From: Nitrospirota bacterium
Lineage (GTDB): Bacteria > Nitrospirota > Nitrospiria > 2-01-FULL-66-17
NCBI GenBank assembly: GCA_049325335.1
Contig: JBMOMC010000002.1
Location: 320,001 to 384,000 of the forward strand
Direction: 5' to 3'
DNA length: 64,000 bases
Shown piece after piece: positions 43,024 to 53,244 of this stretch (position 1 is the stretch's first letter; each line of letters opens with the position of its first letter). The position numbers were made by a program, and so were the translations under genes. Under the pieces are notes generated by a model. The model searched no databases. It was given only the letters and a program-made list of their open reading frames with translations, and was not told where the DNA came from.

Positions 43024-45204
43024 GTGGCATCCGATAAGAATTCGATTATTCTCAACGCGCAGCGTTTAACGGCCAAGGGGGAGATCGATAAGGCGATCGA
43101 GGCGTGGAAGTCGCTGATCGCGGAAACCCCGAACGACGGCAATATCTACAACACGATCGGCGATCTGTATCTGAAGAAAAACGCCGGCGCCAAGGCGATC
43201 GAGGCCTTTCTCAAGGCCGGCACCACGTTCCAAGACGCCGGGTTCGCGCTCAAAACCATCGCGGTCTACAAAAAAATCATCAAACTCGACCCGTCCCGCA
43301 TGGACGTCGTGTTAAAACTCGCCGACGTCAACGCGGAGCGCGGCATCGTGGGCAACGCCATCGAGGATTACCTCAAGGTGGCCCGTCACGAGCTCAAGGA
43401 AGGGCGCGGCAAGTCTGCCATCGACGTGTACCGCAAGATGGCGGCCTTGGATCCCGGTAATCCCACGATCGGCGTAAAGCTCGCGGAACTCTGCCAAAAG
43501 GAAGGCATGGTTCGCGAGGCGAAGGAAGAACTCACGCGCGTGGCCAGCCATCTCGAGGCCGCGGGCAAAACCGAGGGGTTGTCGGAAATCCGCGCGAAGT
43601 TGGCGGAGCTTGGCGGGGGAGCGGAACCGGATCCGGCTCCCGATCCGGCCCCGGCGGCCGCCCACGTGAGCGGGTCCGGGCCTTCCATGAGCGCCGAAAC
43701 CACGCTCATGAGCGAAGCCGCGCCTCCGCGCGTTGAACCGTCAGGCCCCGCGCCGGTCGTTCCCGAAGCGGAGCCGATGTTGGAGCCGACGCGATTGCGC
43801 ACGGCGCAGGAGTTCGACGAAACCACCCACGAACGGTTGCGCGACGCCCTGACGGAAACGGACGTGTACATCAAGTACGGGATGATGGATAAGGCCATCG
43901 CCCACGTCAAAGCGTTGGCTCAGCGCGATCCCAATGATATCAACGTCCAACTGAAATTAAAGGACCTCTACGTCGCGCAAGGCGACACCCAAACCGCGGC
44001 CGACACGTGCCGACGCTTGGCGGAGATCTACGGCGTGATGGGGCAGGAGGCGGAACGCGAAGCCGTCCTTCGCGAGGCGGAAGAATTGTGTCCGTCGTCC
44101 GCGGCGAGTGAGCCCGTTCGGGTCGAGCCCGTTGCGGATCCGATAGATGTGATCGCGGATCCGCCCGGGGAAGCCGCGCCGGCGGCCGGGGATGCGGTCA
44201 GCCCGCAAGACTCCTTGGAGCAGGATCTGGCTGAAGCCGACTTCTATTTTCAACAGGGTTTCGACGACGAAGCCAGGAAACTGTTCGACGCGATCTTGGC
44301 CAAGTCCCCGGGGCACCTCACGGCAAGCCAGCGGCTCAAGGAATTGCAGGCTCGCGCGCCCAGCAACCGACCGGCGGAGGCGTCGATCGCCCCGGCGCCT
44401 GTCGGCGCCGAACCCGAACCCGAACCCGAGGCGGCGACGCTCCAGCAGTCGGCCGTGGAGGAAACGAGTCTCGGCGCAAGCCTGACCGTCAACGCACCCG
44501 TGGTGGAACGTCCGCTCGCCGCATCCAGTCTGCCGCCGCGGTCCGCGGAGACCACCAAGGAAGAAGAGTACATCGACCTGGTCGAGGCGTTGAAGGAAGA
44601 CATGGAGCGCAGTCTTCCGCCGCCCGAGGACGCGGAACTAAGCCAGGAGTTGTCGGCCGAGCGCGAGTTGGAAAACGTGTTTCGCAAATTTCAAAAGGGG
44701 ATCCAAGACCAGTACGGAAAAGAGGATTACGAAACCCACTACAACCTCGGAGTCGCCTACCGGGAGATGGGGCTGCTCAACGAGGCGATCGGGGAATTTC
44801 GTCTGGTGCTCAAATCCCCGGATCGCGCGATCGCGGCCGCGGCCATGATCGCGGCCTGTTATCGCGCCAAGGGGGCGTTGCCGCGCGCCGAAGAAATATT
44901 GTTGGAGATCTTGAACGACCCGCGGTATGCCTCGGCTCAAGGTCTCGGCGGTCTGGCGTTTGAGCTGGGACAGATCTTGGAGGTCCAGGGCCGACACGAT
45001 GACGCCTTGGCGCAGTATTACCGCGCCAAAGAATTGGAGCCCGATCATCGGGAGGCGGCGGGGCGAATCGCGCAGCTCGAGCGACCGCGCATCGCGGTGG
45101 GGCAGTCGCCGGTCGCGGCGCCCGGCGTCACCGGGCGGCCGGCGACCCCGCAACCCGCGAAACAAGACACGCGAGCGGACCGAAAGAAAGTGTCGTACTT
45201 GTGA
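43024..45204 (+). CDS. Large TPR protein, SgmX-like
   Basis: N-terminal TPRs (DKNSII...GFALKTIAVYKKIIKLDP), ETDVYIKYG, low-complexity linkers, DYETHYNLGVAYREMGL, C-terminal KKVSYL. Confidence 0.75.
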   Translation: MASDKNSIILNAQRLTAKGEIDKAIEAWKSLIAETPNDGNIYNTIGDLYLKKNAGAKAIEAFLKAGTTFQDAGFALKTIAVYKKIIKLDPSRMDVVLKLADVNAERGIVGNAIEDYLKVARHELKEGRGKSAIDVYRKMAALDPGNPTIGVKLAELCQKEGMVREAKEELTRVASHLEAAGKTEGLSEIRAKLAELGGGAEPDPAPDPAPAAAHVSGSGPSMSAETTLMSEAAPPRVEPSGPAPVVPEAEPMLEPTRLRTAQEFDETTHERLRDALTETDVYIKYGMMDKAIAHVKALAQRDPNDINVQLKLKDLYVAQGDTQTAADTCRRLAEIYGVMGQEAEREAVLREAEELCPSSAASEPVRVEPVADPIDVIADPPGEAAPAAGDAVSPQDSLEQDLAEADFYFQQGFDDEARKLFDAILAKSPGHLTASQRLKELQARAPSNRPAEASIAPAPVGAEPEPEPEAATLQQSAVEETSLGASLTVNAPVVERPLAASSLPPRSAETTKEEEYIDLVEALKEDMERSLPPPEDAELSQELSAERELENVFRKFQKGIQDQYGKEDYETHYNLGVAYREMGLLNEAIGEFRLVLKSPDRAIAAAAMIAACYRAKGALPRAEEILLEILNDPRYASAQGLGGLAFELGQILEVQGRHDDALAQYYRAKELEPDHREAAGRIAQLERPRIAVGQSPVAAPGVTGRPATPQPAKQDTRADRKKVSYL

Positions 45205-45228
45205 ACCGAGAGGACGTGAGGGGACGCC

Positions 45229-46062
45229 GTGAGCTACCTTGACTACTACCAACTTCGCGAGCAACCGTTTTCCATCACCGTGGACCCTAAATTCTACTAC
45301 AGCAGCCAACAACATAACGACGCGCTTGTGCGCTTGATGTACGCGGCCAGCGAGCGCAAGGGGCTGGCGGTGCTGGTGGGAGAGGTCGGGGCGGGGAAAA
45401 CCACGGTGGCGCGCCGCCTGCTCGATCAGTTGGATGAGACGCAGTTCGAATCGGTCTTGATGATCATCGTCCATGCGGCGATTACGTCGGAATGGTTGCT
45501 GAAAAAAATCGCGACGCAGTTGGGCGTGGAGCAGCCCGCGGAGGATTCGCCCGGCATTCTCTCGCAACTGTCGCAGCGGTTGGTCGACTTGTTCGAGCAG
45601 GGCAAGAAAGTCGTGGTGTTGATCGACGAAGCCCAAATGCTCAACAGCCGCGAGATCATGGAAGAGTTTCGCGGGATTCTCAACATGGAGATGGACGGCC
45701 AGAAATTGATCACGTTTGTGTTGTTCGGATTGCCCGAACTCGATCAAACGTTGTCCCTGGACGGACCGCTCGCGCAGCGGGTAGCGATTCGGTACCAGTT
45801 GCGCGCGTTTACCGAAGCGATCACCCGCGATTACATCACGTTCCGGCTCAAGGTCGCGGGCAGCACGCAGAGCCCGTTTACGTCCGGCGCGGTCGCCGCG
45901 ATTCATCGCGTCACCGGCGGGACGCCGCGTCTGATCAACACATTGTGCGACAACGCGCTGCTCGAAGGGTTCCTACGCAAGCTCACGCCGATCGACGAAT
46001 CCCTGATCCGGGAAATCGCGGTCGGGTTAAAACTGGACGAACCGCTCGCGTCCGCGGCCTGA
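45229..46062 (+). CDS. ExeA/GspA-family AAA ATPase
   Basis: YLDYYQLREQPF, GEVGAGKT, LIDEAQ, GTPRLINTLCDNALL. Confidence 0.9.
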   Translation: MSYLDYYQLREQPFSITVDPKFYYSSQQHNDALVRLMYAASERKGLAVLVGEVGAGKTTVARRLLDQLDETQFESVLMIIVHAAITSEWLLKKIATQLGVEQPAEDSPGILSQLSQRLVDLFEQGKKVVVLIDEAQMLNSREIMEEFRGILNMEMDGQKLITFVLFGLPELDQTLSLDGPLAQRVAIRYQLRAFTEAITRDYITFRLKVAGSTQSPFTSGAVAAIHRVTGGTPRLINTLCDNALLEGFLRKLTPIDESLIREIAVGLKLDEPLASAA

Positions 46063-46188
46063 TTCCGCGCGGGTTTCGCGCGCGTCGGCTTGCAATTTAT
46101 TCCGTCTTTCGCTAGGGTAGCCCCCGCTCGCCCGCGCCGTCCGCCTGAGGGCTCGGCGGCGCGCGATCCGCGAGGACGGGGTTTTCGA

Positions 46189-47502
46189 ATGTCGAAACGC
46201 GTGTTCATCAAGACGTGGGGATGCCAGATGAACGAGCATGACGCCGAACGCATGGCGGGGCTCGTGGCGCCCTTGGGGTACGAGGTGACGTCCGAGGCTC
46301 ACGACGCGGACCTCATCCTGCTCAACACGTGCAGCATCCGCGAAAAGGCCGAACAAAAGGTCTACAGCGATTTGGGCCGGTTGGCCGAACTCAAGGCGGT
46401 GCGGCCTCACGTGGTGATCGGGGTGGCCGGGTGCGTGGCCCAGCAGGAAGGCGAGGCCCTTATTCGCCGTTCGCCCGCGGTTGATCTGGTCTTCGGCTCC
46501 AAGGGCATCGAGAAGCTGCCCGATCTGCTCTCCGAGGCGCTGACCACGCGGCGGAAAATCGTTTATACCGACGATCCGATCGGCATCGCGCCCACGTTGC
46601 CGGCCGACCGGCGGGAGACGGTGCGCGCGTGGGTGTCGATCATGGAGGGCTGCGACAACGCGTGCAGCTTTTGCGTGGTGCCCGCGACGCGCGGCCGCGA
46701 GCGCAGCCGCCTGAGTCGCGAAATCTATGACGAAGTGGCGGGGTTGTGCGTCGCAGGGTGCCGCGAAGTGACCTTGCTCGGGCAGAACGTGAATTCGTAC
46801 GGGCGGACGTCGTCGGAGGGCGTGGACTTCCCTGACCTCCTCGACCGACTGCATCCCATCGACGGACTGGCGCGGATTCGGTTCACCACGTCGCACCCGA
46901 ATGCCATGACGCCCAAGTTGATCGACGCGCTGGCTCGGCTTCCGAAGGTGTGTCGGCATCTGCATCTTCCGTTACAGGCCGGGTCGGACCGTACCTTGGC
47001 CCGGATGCGACGCGGCTATACGCTGGCGGAGTATGTTTCGATCATCGAGGCGCTGCGACGGCGAATCCCGGAATTGACCTTGACCACGGACATCATCGTG
47101 GGGTTCCCCGGTGAGACCCAGGAAGATTTCACGGAGACGGTTCGCGCGCTTGACGACATCCAATTCGACAACATCTACGCGTTCAAATATTCTCGCCGTC
47201 CCCGCACCGAAGCGTTGTCGTTGGACGACCACGTCCCGGAGCCCGAGAAGGACCGGCGTCTCCAGGAAACCTTGTCGGCGCAACGGCCCATCGCGCGGGT
47301 GAAGAACGAGCGCTACCAAGACCGCATCGAGGAGGTCTTGGTAGAAGGCCCTAGCAAGACGGACCGAACGCGGTTAGCGGGACGCACCTCATGTAATCGG
47401 ATCGTAAATTTTGACGGCCCGTCGTCGCTCATCGGCTCGCTTCTCTCGCTACGGGTGACGCGGGTGAAGGCCAATTCGTTGGAGGGGAGCCTGTTGGTTT
47501 GA
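46189..47502 (+). CDS. miaB: tRNA-i6A37 methylthiotransferase
   Basis: TWGCQMN, NTCSIRE, CDNACSFC radical-SAM motif, TRAM domain. Confidence 0.95.
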   Translation: MSKRVFIKTWGCQMNEHDAERMAGLVAPLGYEVTSEAHDADLILLNTCSIREKAEQKVYSDLGRLAELKAVRPHVVIGVAGCVAQQEGEALIRRSPAVDLVFGSKGIEKLPDLLSEALTTRRKIVYTDDPIGIAPTLPADRRETVRAWVSIMEGCDNACSFCVVPATRGRERSRLSREIYDEVAGLCVAGCREVTLLGQNVNSYGRTSSEGVDFPDLLDRLHPIDGLARIRFTTSHPNAMTPKLIDALARLPKVCRHLHLPLQAGSDRTLARMRRGYTLAEYVSIIEALRRRIPELTLTTDIIVGFPGETQEDFTETVRALDDIQFDNIYAFKYSRRPRTEALSLDDHVPEPEKDRRLQETLSAQRPIARVKNERYQDRIEEVLVEGPSKTDRTRLAGRTSCNRIVNFDGPSSLIGSLLSLRVTRVKANSLEGSLLV

Positions 47503-47930
47503 GCCACGAGGCGAACCGGTCCCGCCTGGTCCGTCGGATCATGGCTGCGGGGAGCGCCGCGTGGTGGACTGCATCCGGCGCGTACGCGGTGGCGATCTTC
47601 GTGTTCTCGTCCCAATCCACTCCGTTGGGTGTCGAGCACCTGCCCCCCTTCACGGACAAACTCATTCACGCATTGGTGTTCGGCGGATTGTCGTGGTGTC
47701 TTTGCATGGCGTGGCAACGTTCGTTTCCGGGGTGTCCCGCAGCCTGGCCGGTGATCACCATGACCGCGTTGTACGGTCTGTCTGACGAGATTCACCAGTC
47801 GTTCGTTCCCGGCCGTTCGATGGATACGTGGGACCTTGCGGCGGATACGGTCGGGGCCTGTGCGGTGCAATGGGGAATGGCGACGCGTCGGTTGGTGTCC
47901 TCATGGGAGGCGGCACAGCGCGCACGATGA
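47499..47930 (+). CDS. VanZ-family membrane protein
   Basis: DKLIH, YGLSDEIHQSFVPGR, DLAAD. Confidence 0.85.
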   Translation: MSHEANRSRLVRRIMAAGSAAWWTASGAYAVAIFVFSSQSTPLGVEHLPPFTDKLIHALVFGGLSWCLCMAWQRSFPGCPAAWPVITMTALYGLSDEIHQSFVPGRSMDTWDLAADTVGACAVQWGMATRRLVSSWEAAQRAR

Positions 47931-49369
47931 CGAATCAACACGTCTACGCGGTTATTCTCGCGGGCGGGAGCGGGACGCGGTTTTGGCCGCTCTCGCGCCG
48001 GTTGGCCCCGAAACAGCTCTTGTCGTTGACGAGCGACCGGACCATGCTGCAGGAGACGGTGCTGCGGGTCGTGCCCACCGTGGCGGCCGACCGGATTTGG
48101 GTCGTGACGGGTCGGGATTTGGCGGACGAGACGAACCGACAGTTGCGCGCGGTCGGCATGCAGGCCACAGTGCTGGGCGAACCGGTGGGGCGCAACACGG
48201 CTCTGGCCATTGCCGTGACGGCCCGGCGGTTGGCCCACCGCGATCCGGACGCCGTGATGGTGGTGTTGCCGGCCGACCACGCGATCGCCAAACCCGAGGG
48301 ATTTCGCGCGTGCCTGGACGGCGCGATCGCGGTGGCGCGCGCGGGCTACCTGGTGACGATGGGGATCGTGCCGCATCGGCCGGAGACCGGCTACGGGTAC
48401 ATCAAACGCGGAGACGCGCTGGCGGTGGAGACAGGGGGGCGAACGGCTCCTCCCACGGTGTTTCGCGTCGAACGGTTCGTGGAAAAGCCCGACCGCGCGA
48501 CCGCGGAACGCTACGTGACGGACGGCTCATACGCGTGGAACTCAGGGATGTTCGTCTGGCGCGCCGCCGCGATTTTGGAGGAACTGAGTCGTCACGCGCC
48601 GAACGTGGCCGCGGCGGGTGACCGAATCGCAGCAGCGATGGCCGCCGGCGACAACACCGCGGTTCGGAATCTGTACGAGGCGGCCGAGTCCGTGTCCATT
48701 GATTATGCCGTGATGGAGCGTTCCACGCGGGTCGCGGTGATCCCGGCGGACTTCGGATGGAACGACGTGGGAAGCTGGGCTGCGCTGGATGACGTCGCCA
48801 CCAAGGACGCGCGGGGCAACGTGGTCAGCGGGCGGGTGGTGGACGTGGACAGCCGCAATTCCATCCTGTACGCGCAAGACCGCGTGGTCGCCGCCATTGG
48901 GCTGAATGATCTGGTCGTGGTGGATACGCCGGATGCCACATTGGTGTGCGCCAAGGAACGCGCGCAGGACGTGCGCAAGGTGGTGGACGCGTTGGAGGCG
49001 CAACGCGCCCAGGAACACGTGGTGCACAAGACGGTCCAACGTCCGTGGGGCACGTACACCGTGCTCGAGGAGGGGCCGGGGTACAAGATCAAACGCATCG
49101 CGGTGAGCCCCACGTCGCGACTGAGCCTGCAAATGCATCACAAGCGGAGTGAGCACTGGGTGGTGGTGGCCGGGACCGCGCGGGTCACGTGTGGGGATAA
49201 GGTGTACGACGTGAAGACCAACGAGAGCACCTACATCCCGCCGCAGACCAAGCATCGTCTGGAGAACGCGGATCCGTCGGTGACATTGGAGATTATCGAA
49301 GTACAAAACGGTCCCTACCTGGGCGAGGACGACATCGTGCGGTTCGACGACGATTTTGGAAGGAAGTGA
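47927..49369 (+). CDS. manC: Mannose-1-phosphate guanylyltransferase/mannose-6-phosphate isomerase
   Basis: ILAGGSGTRFWPLSR, FVEKP, SIDYAVME, cupin motifs RPWG...LSLQMH. Confidence 0.95.
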   Translation: MTNQHVYAVILAGGSGTRFWPLSRRLAPKQLLSLTSDRTMLQETVLRVVPTVAADRIWVVTGRDLADETNRQLRAVGMQATVLGEPVGRNTALAIAVTARRLAHRDPDAVMVVLPADHAIAKPEGFRACLDGAIAVARAGYLVTMGIVPHRPETGYGYIKRGDALAVETGGRTAPPTVFRVERFVEKPDRATAERYVTDGSYAWNSGMFVWRAAAILEELSRHAPNVAAAGDRIAAAMAAGDNTAVRNLYEAAESVSIDYAVMERSTRVAVIPADFGWNDVGSWAALDDVATKDARGNVVSGRVVDVDSRNSILYAQDRVVAAIGLNDLVVVDTPDATLVCAKERAQDVRKVVDALEAQRAQEHVVHKTVQRPWGTYTVLEEGPGYKIKRIAVSPTSRLSLQMHHKRSEHWVVVAGTARVTCGDKVYDVKTNESTYIPPQTKHRLENADPSVTLEIIEVQNGPYLGEDDIVRFDDDFGRK

Positions 49370-49391
49370 AGAAGGGCTGCGTGGCGAGATC

Positions 49392-50789
49392 ATGAGCATT
49401 TACCGTGAATACGATATCCGGGGCGTGGTCGGCCGGGACCTCACGTTCGACGTGGTGGAGCGGATCGGTGTGGCGTACGGCACTACGGTGCGCCGATCCG
49501 GCGGATCCAAGGTCGCGATCGGCCGTGACGTGCGCGACCACTCCATGCCGATTCGGGATCGCCTGGCCGCTGGGATTACGTCCGCCGGAGTCCACGTGGT
49601 GGACCTAGACGTGTGCCCCACGCCGCTGCTCTACTACTCGCTCTTTCACCTCGCGGTGGACGGCGGGGTGATGATCACGGGCAGCCATAACCCCCCGGAG
49701 TTCAACGGCCTGAAGATGTGCGTGGGCCGCGAGGCGATCTACGGCGACGCGATCCAATTATTGCGTCGACTGGTTGAGAGCGGGGAGCGCGAACGCGGGC
49801 AGGGAACGCGGTCGGACTACGCGATCATCTCCCCGTACCTCAAGGAGGTCACCGGTCAGTTCGTCGAGCGCGTGAAGGCGCACGATCGCAGGCCGCTGCG
49901 CGTGGTGGTGGACTCGGGGAATGGGGTGGCCGGCTTGGTTGCGCCCGCATTGCTCCGCGCCATCGGGTGCGACGTCATCGAACTGTACAGCGAGCCGGAC
50001 GCGCGTTTTCCGCACCATCATCCCGATCCCACCGTACTGGACAACCTCCGGGATCTGATCGCAGCGGTCGCCCGCCATCGAGCCGATCTCGGCATCGCGT
50101 ACGACGGGGACGCGGATCGGATCGGGGTCGTGGACGAGCGCGGGGACGTATTGTGGGGCGACCGATTGCTGGCATTGCTCGCAGGGCCGGTGTTGGTGGA
50201 TCATCCCGGCGCGCCGGTGATTGCCGAGGCCAAGTGCTCGCAGGTGCTCTACGACGAGATCGCCAGGCGGGGCGGAAAAGCTGTGATGTGGAAGACCGGA
50301 CACTCGTTGATCAAAGCACGGATGAAGGAGTTGGGTGCGCCGCTCGCGGGAGAGATGAGCGGCCACCTGTTTTTCGCGGACCGGTATTACGGGTTCGACG
50401 ATGCGATGTACGCGTCGTGCCGTGTGGTCGAGTTGCTCGTGCGGGAAGGCAGGCCCTTGTCGGCGCTCGCGGCCGCATTGCCGACGACCGTGGTGACCCC
50501 CGAAATTCGCATGGACTGCCCCGACGAGCAGAAGTTCGGCGTGGTCGCCCGCGTGCAGACATTCTTCCGAGACGCGCGCACGAAGCCCGGTGCGTTTCCG
50601 CTGCCGATCCTCGATGTGATCGACGTGGATGGGGTGCGCGTGCGCATGCCCCACGGGTGGGGACTGGTCCGGGCCTCCAATACCCAGCCGGTCTTGGTGC
50701 TCCGATTCGAATCGGACACCGAAGCGCACCTTTCGGAGATCCGATCCGCGATGGAATCACGGGTCAAGGAGTGTTGGTCCGCCTCCTGA
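49392..50789 (+). CDS. manB: Phosphomannomutase/phosphoglucomutase
   Basis: YDIRG, TGSHNP, DGDADR, GEMSGH, VRASNT. Confidence 0.93.
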   Translation: MSIYREYDIRGVVGRDLTFDVVERIGVAYGTTVRRSGGSKVAIGRDVRDHSMPIRDRLAAGITSAGVHVVDLDVCPTPLLYYSLFHLAVDGGVMITGSHNPPEFNGLKMCVGREAIYGDAIQLLRRLVESGERERGQGTRSDYAIISPYLKEVTGQFVERVKAHDRRPLRVVVDSGNGVAGLVAPALLRAIGCDVIELYSEPDARFPHHHPDPTVLDNLRDLIAAVARHRADLGIAYDGDADRIGVVDERGDVLWGDRLLALLAGPVLVDHPGAPVIAEAKCSQVLYDEIARRGGKAVMWKTGHSLIKARMKELGAPLAGEMSGHLFFADRYYGFDDAMYASCRVVELLVREGRPLSALAAALPTTVVTPEIRMDCPDEQKFGVVARVQTFFRDARTKPGAFPLPILDVIDVDGVRVRMPHGWGLVRASNTQPVLVLRFESDTEAHLSEIRSAMESRVKECWSAS

Positions 50790-52327
50790 TTCTTGCGGCG
50801 CTCTTGGCCGGGGCGTGCCGAGCTCCGGCGAGTTCCGACAACACGTTCCGCATGGTCTTGTCCAACGAGCCGCCCACGCTCGATTGGTCGCTTGCCACTG
50901 ACAGCGTCTCGATCACGGTGATCGAAAACCTGATGGACGGGCTCACGCGGTTCGACCGGGATTTGCGGCCCGTGCCTGCGGTGGCCGCAACCTGGGACGT
51001 GTCGGACCAGGGCCGGCGGTACGTGTTCCATCTGCGTCCCGAGGTGCAATGGTCCGACGGCGCTCCAGTGACCGCTGGCGACTTTGAATACGCTTGGAAG
51101 CGCCTGCTCGATCCCAAGACCGCGGCGCAGTACGCGTATTTTCTCTACCCAGTGGCCAACGCCAAGGCGTATAACACCGGGGCGCTGGCCGATGCGTCAA
51201 CAGTCGGGGTTCGGGCGCTCTCCGCCACGGAGTTGGAGGTGCTACTCGATCGACCTCTGGCGTATTTCCCGAGCCTGACCACGTTCATGGTGACGTTCCC
51301 GCAGCGTCGGGACCTCATCGAGCGATACGGGGATCACTGGACCGATCCCGGCCGCTTGGTGACCAACGGCCCGTTCCGGCTCGACTCGTGGCGGCACGAA
51401 TACCGCCTGCTGCTGTCGGCCAATCCTACGTATTACGGGGGTAAGCCCGCAATCGATCGCGTGGCCATGTACGTGGTCAATGAACGGACGACCGAACTGA
51501 CCCTGTACGAAACCGGGGACCTCGACTACGCGCAATTGCCGCCCGAAGCGATCCCGTCATTCGAAGGCGCGCCCGAGCACAGGCGGTTGCCGATTTTGCG
51601 CGGCTATTACGCGGGGTTCAACGTGACCAAGCCGCCGTTTACCGACGCGCGGGTTCGGCAAGCGTTCGCGCTGGCCATCGACCGCGAGGAGTTCCCCAAT
51701 ATCTTGCGGGGCGGGGAGCGCGCGGCGCGCGGGTGGGTGCCGCCCGGTATGTTCGGGTACGAGCCGGACGTCGGCTTGCCGTACGATCCGGATCGCGCGC
51801 GGCGATTGTTGGCCGAGGCGGGATTTCCCGAAGGCCGAGGGCTACCCCCCGTCGAGTATGTGTTCAACACCGGGCCGGTCAACACGTTAATCGCGGAGAA
51901 TCTCCAGGCTCAATGGAAACGGAACTTGAACGTGGACGTGCGGTTGGACAATGTGGAGTGGAAGGTGTATTTGAAGCGCCTGGAGCAGGACGCGCCTGCG
52001 ATATTCCGCTTGGGGTGGGGCGCGGACTATCCTGATCCGGATAATTTTCTCGCGCTCTTTACCAAGGATTCGGGCAACAACCACACGCGGTGGGCGAACG
52101 CCCATTACGACGCGCTGATCGCGGACGCGGCGAGCGAGTCGGACTCGAACCGCCGACTGACCATGTATCGCGAGGCGCAGCGATTGTTGACCGAGCAAGA
52201 CGTGCCGATCATCCCCTTGTTCACCCACGTTCAAAACATGCTGGTCAAACCGTGGGTCCGAGGCCTCGATGTCAACGCCATGGAAATCATGTCACTACAA
52301 GGCGTCAGTATGGGCGGTCGCCGGTGA
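50771..52327 (+). CDS. oppA: Oligopeptide ABC transporter substrate-binding lipoprotein
   Basis: Lipobox LAGA-C, WSDGAPVTAGDF, TNGPF, WGADYPDP. Start at GTG 50771 follows AAGGA. Confidence 0.9.
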   Translation: MLVRLLILAALLAGACRAPASSDNTFRMVLSNEPPTLDWSLATDSVSITVIENLMDGLTRFDRDLRPVPAVAATWDVSDQGRRYVFHLRPEVQWSDGAPVTAGDFEYAWKRLLDPKTAAQYAYFLYPVANAKAYNTGALADASTVGVRALSATELEVLLDRPLAYFPSLTTFMVTFPQRRDLIERYGDHWTDPGRLVTNGPFRLDSWRHEYRLLLSANPTYYGGKPAIDRVAMYVVNERTTELTLYETGDLDYAQLPPEAIPSFEGAPEHRRLPILRGYYAGFNVTKPPFTDARVRQAFALAIDREEFPNILRGGERAARGWVPPGMFGYEPDVGLPYDPDRARRLLAEAGFPEGRGLPPVEYVFNTGPVNTLIAENLQAQWKRNLNVDVRLDNVEWKVYLKRLEQDAPAIFRLGWGADYPDPDNFLALFTKDSGNNHTRWANAHYDALIADAASESDSNRRLTMYREAQRLLTEQDVPIIPLFTHVQNMLVKPWVRGLDVNAMEIMSLQGVSMGGRR

Positions 52328-53244
52328 TCGTTGCATTGGTGCTGCGCCGGGCGGCGTGGGGGATCGGCGTGCTCTGGCTCGTTGCCACCATCACGTTCGT
52401 CTTGTTGCGCGTGGCGCCCGGCGGGCCGTTCGATTCGGAGAAACAGTTGCCGCCGGAAATCCTTGCCAACGTCGAAGCCAAATATCATCTGGACGAGCCG
52501 CTGTGGCGTCAGTACGCGCGCTACATCGGCGGCCTGGTCCGCGGGGATCTGGGGCCGTCGTTCAAGTACCTTGGGCGCGACGTGGCGACGATTCTGATCG
52601 AGACGTTCCCGGTGTCGTGCGCGTTGGGAGTGGTGGCGCTGGGCATTGCGTTGCTCGTGGGGTTGGCTTTCGGCATCGCGGCGGGAAGTCGCGCGGACGG
52701 GTGCGTGGATCGCGGCGGCATGTTGCTCGCCACCGCGGGCGTGGCGCTGCCGAACTTCGTGCTGGGCGTGGCGCTGGTGCTGGTTGTGTCGCACCGGCTG
52801 CACTGGCTGCCGCCCGCGTTGTGGGAGGGCCCGCGGTACGTCCTGCTCCCGGCATTAACCTTGGGGCTTGGGCCCGCGGCCTACATCGCGCGCTTGACCC
52901 GGGCCAGCTTGCTCGACGTGGCCCGGCAAGATTATGTGCGAACCGCCTATGCCAAGGGGTTGAGCCACCGTGCGGTGCTGTTCACCCATCAACTGCCCAA
53001 CGCCTTGCTGCCGGTGGTGGCCATCGTCGGCCCGTTGACCGCCGCGCTGATCACGGGCTCGTTCGTGGTGGAATATTTGTTCGCCATTCCCGGTATGGGA
53101 CGATTTTTCATCACTGCGGTCACCAACCGCGACTACCCTTTGATCATGGGCGCGACCCTGCTGTATGCGGCGCTGTTAGTGATCGCCAATTTGGTGACGG
53201 ACGTGGCGGCATCACGCCTCGATCCCAGGATTCGCTTGGAATGA
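52324..53244 (+). CDS. oppB: Oligopeptide ABC permease
   Basis: APGGPF, GDLGPSF, DYVRTAYAKG, RDYP, LDPRIR. Confidence 0.92.
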   Translation: MIVALVLRRAAWGIGVLWLVATITFVLLRVAPGGPFDSEKQLPPEILANVEAKYHLDEPLWRQYARYIGGLVRGDLGPSFKYLGRDVATILIETFPVSCALGVVALGIALLVGLAFGIAAGSRADGCVDRGGMLLATAGVALPNFVLGVALVLVVSHRLHWLPPALWEGPRYVLLPALTLGLGPAAYIARLTRASLLDVARQDYVRTAYAKGLSHRAVLFTHQLPNALLPVVAIVGPLTAALITGSFVVEYLFAIPGMGRFFITAVTNRDYPLIMGATLLYAALLVIANLVTDVAASRLDPRIRLE

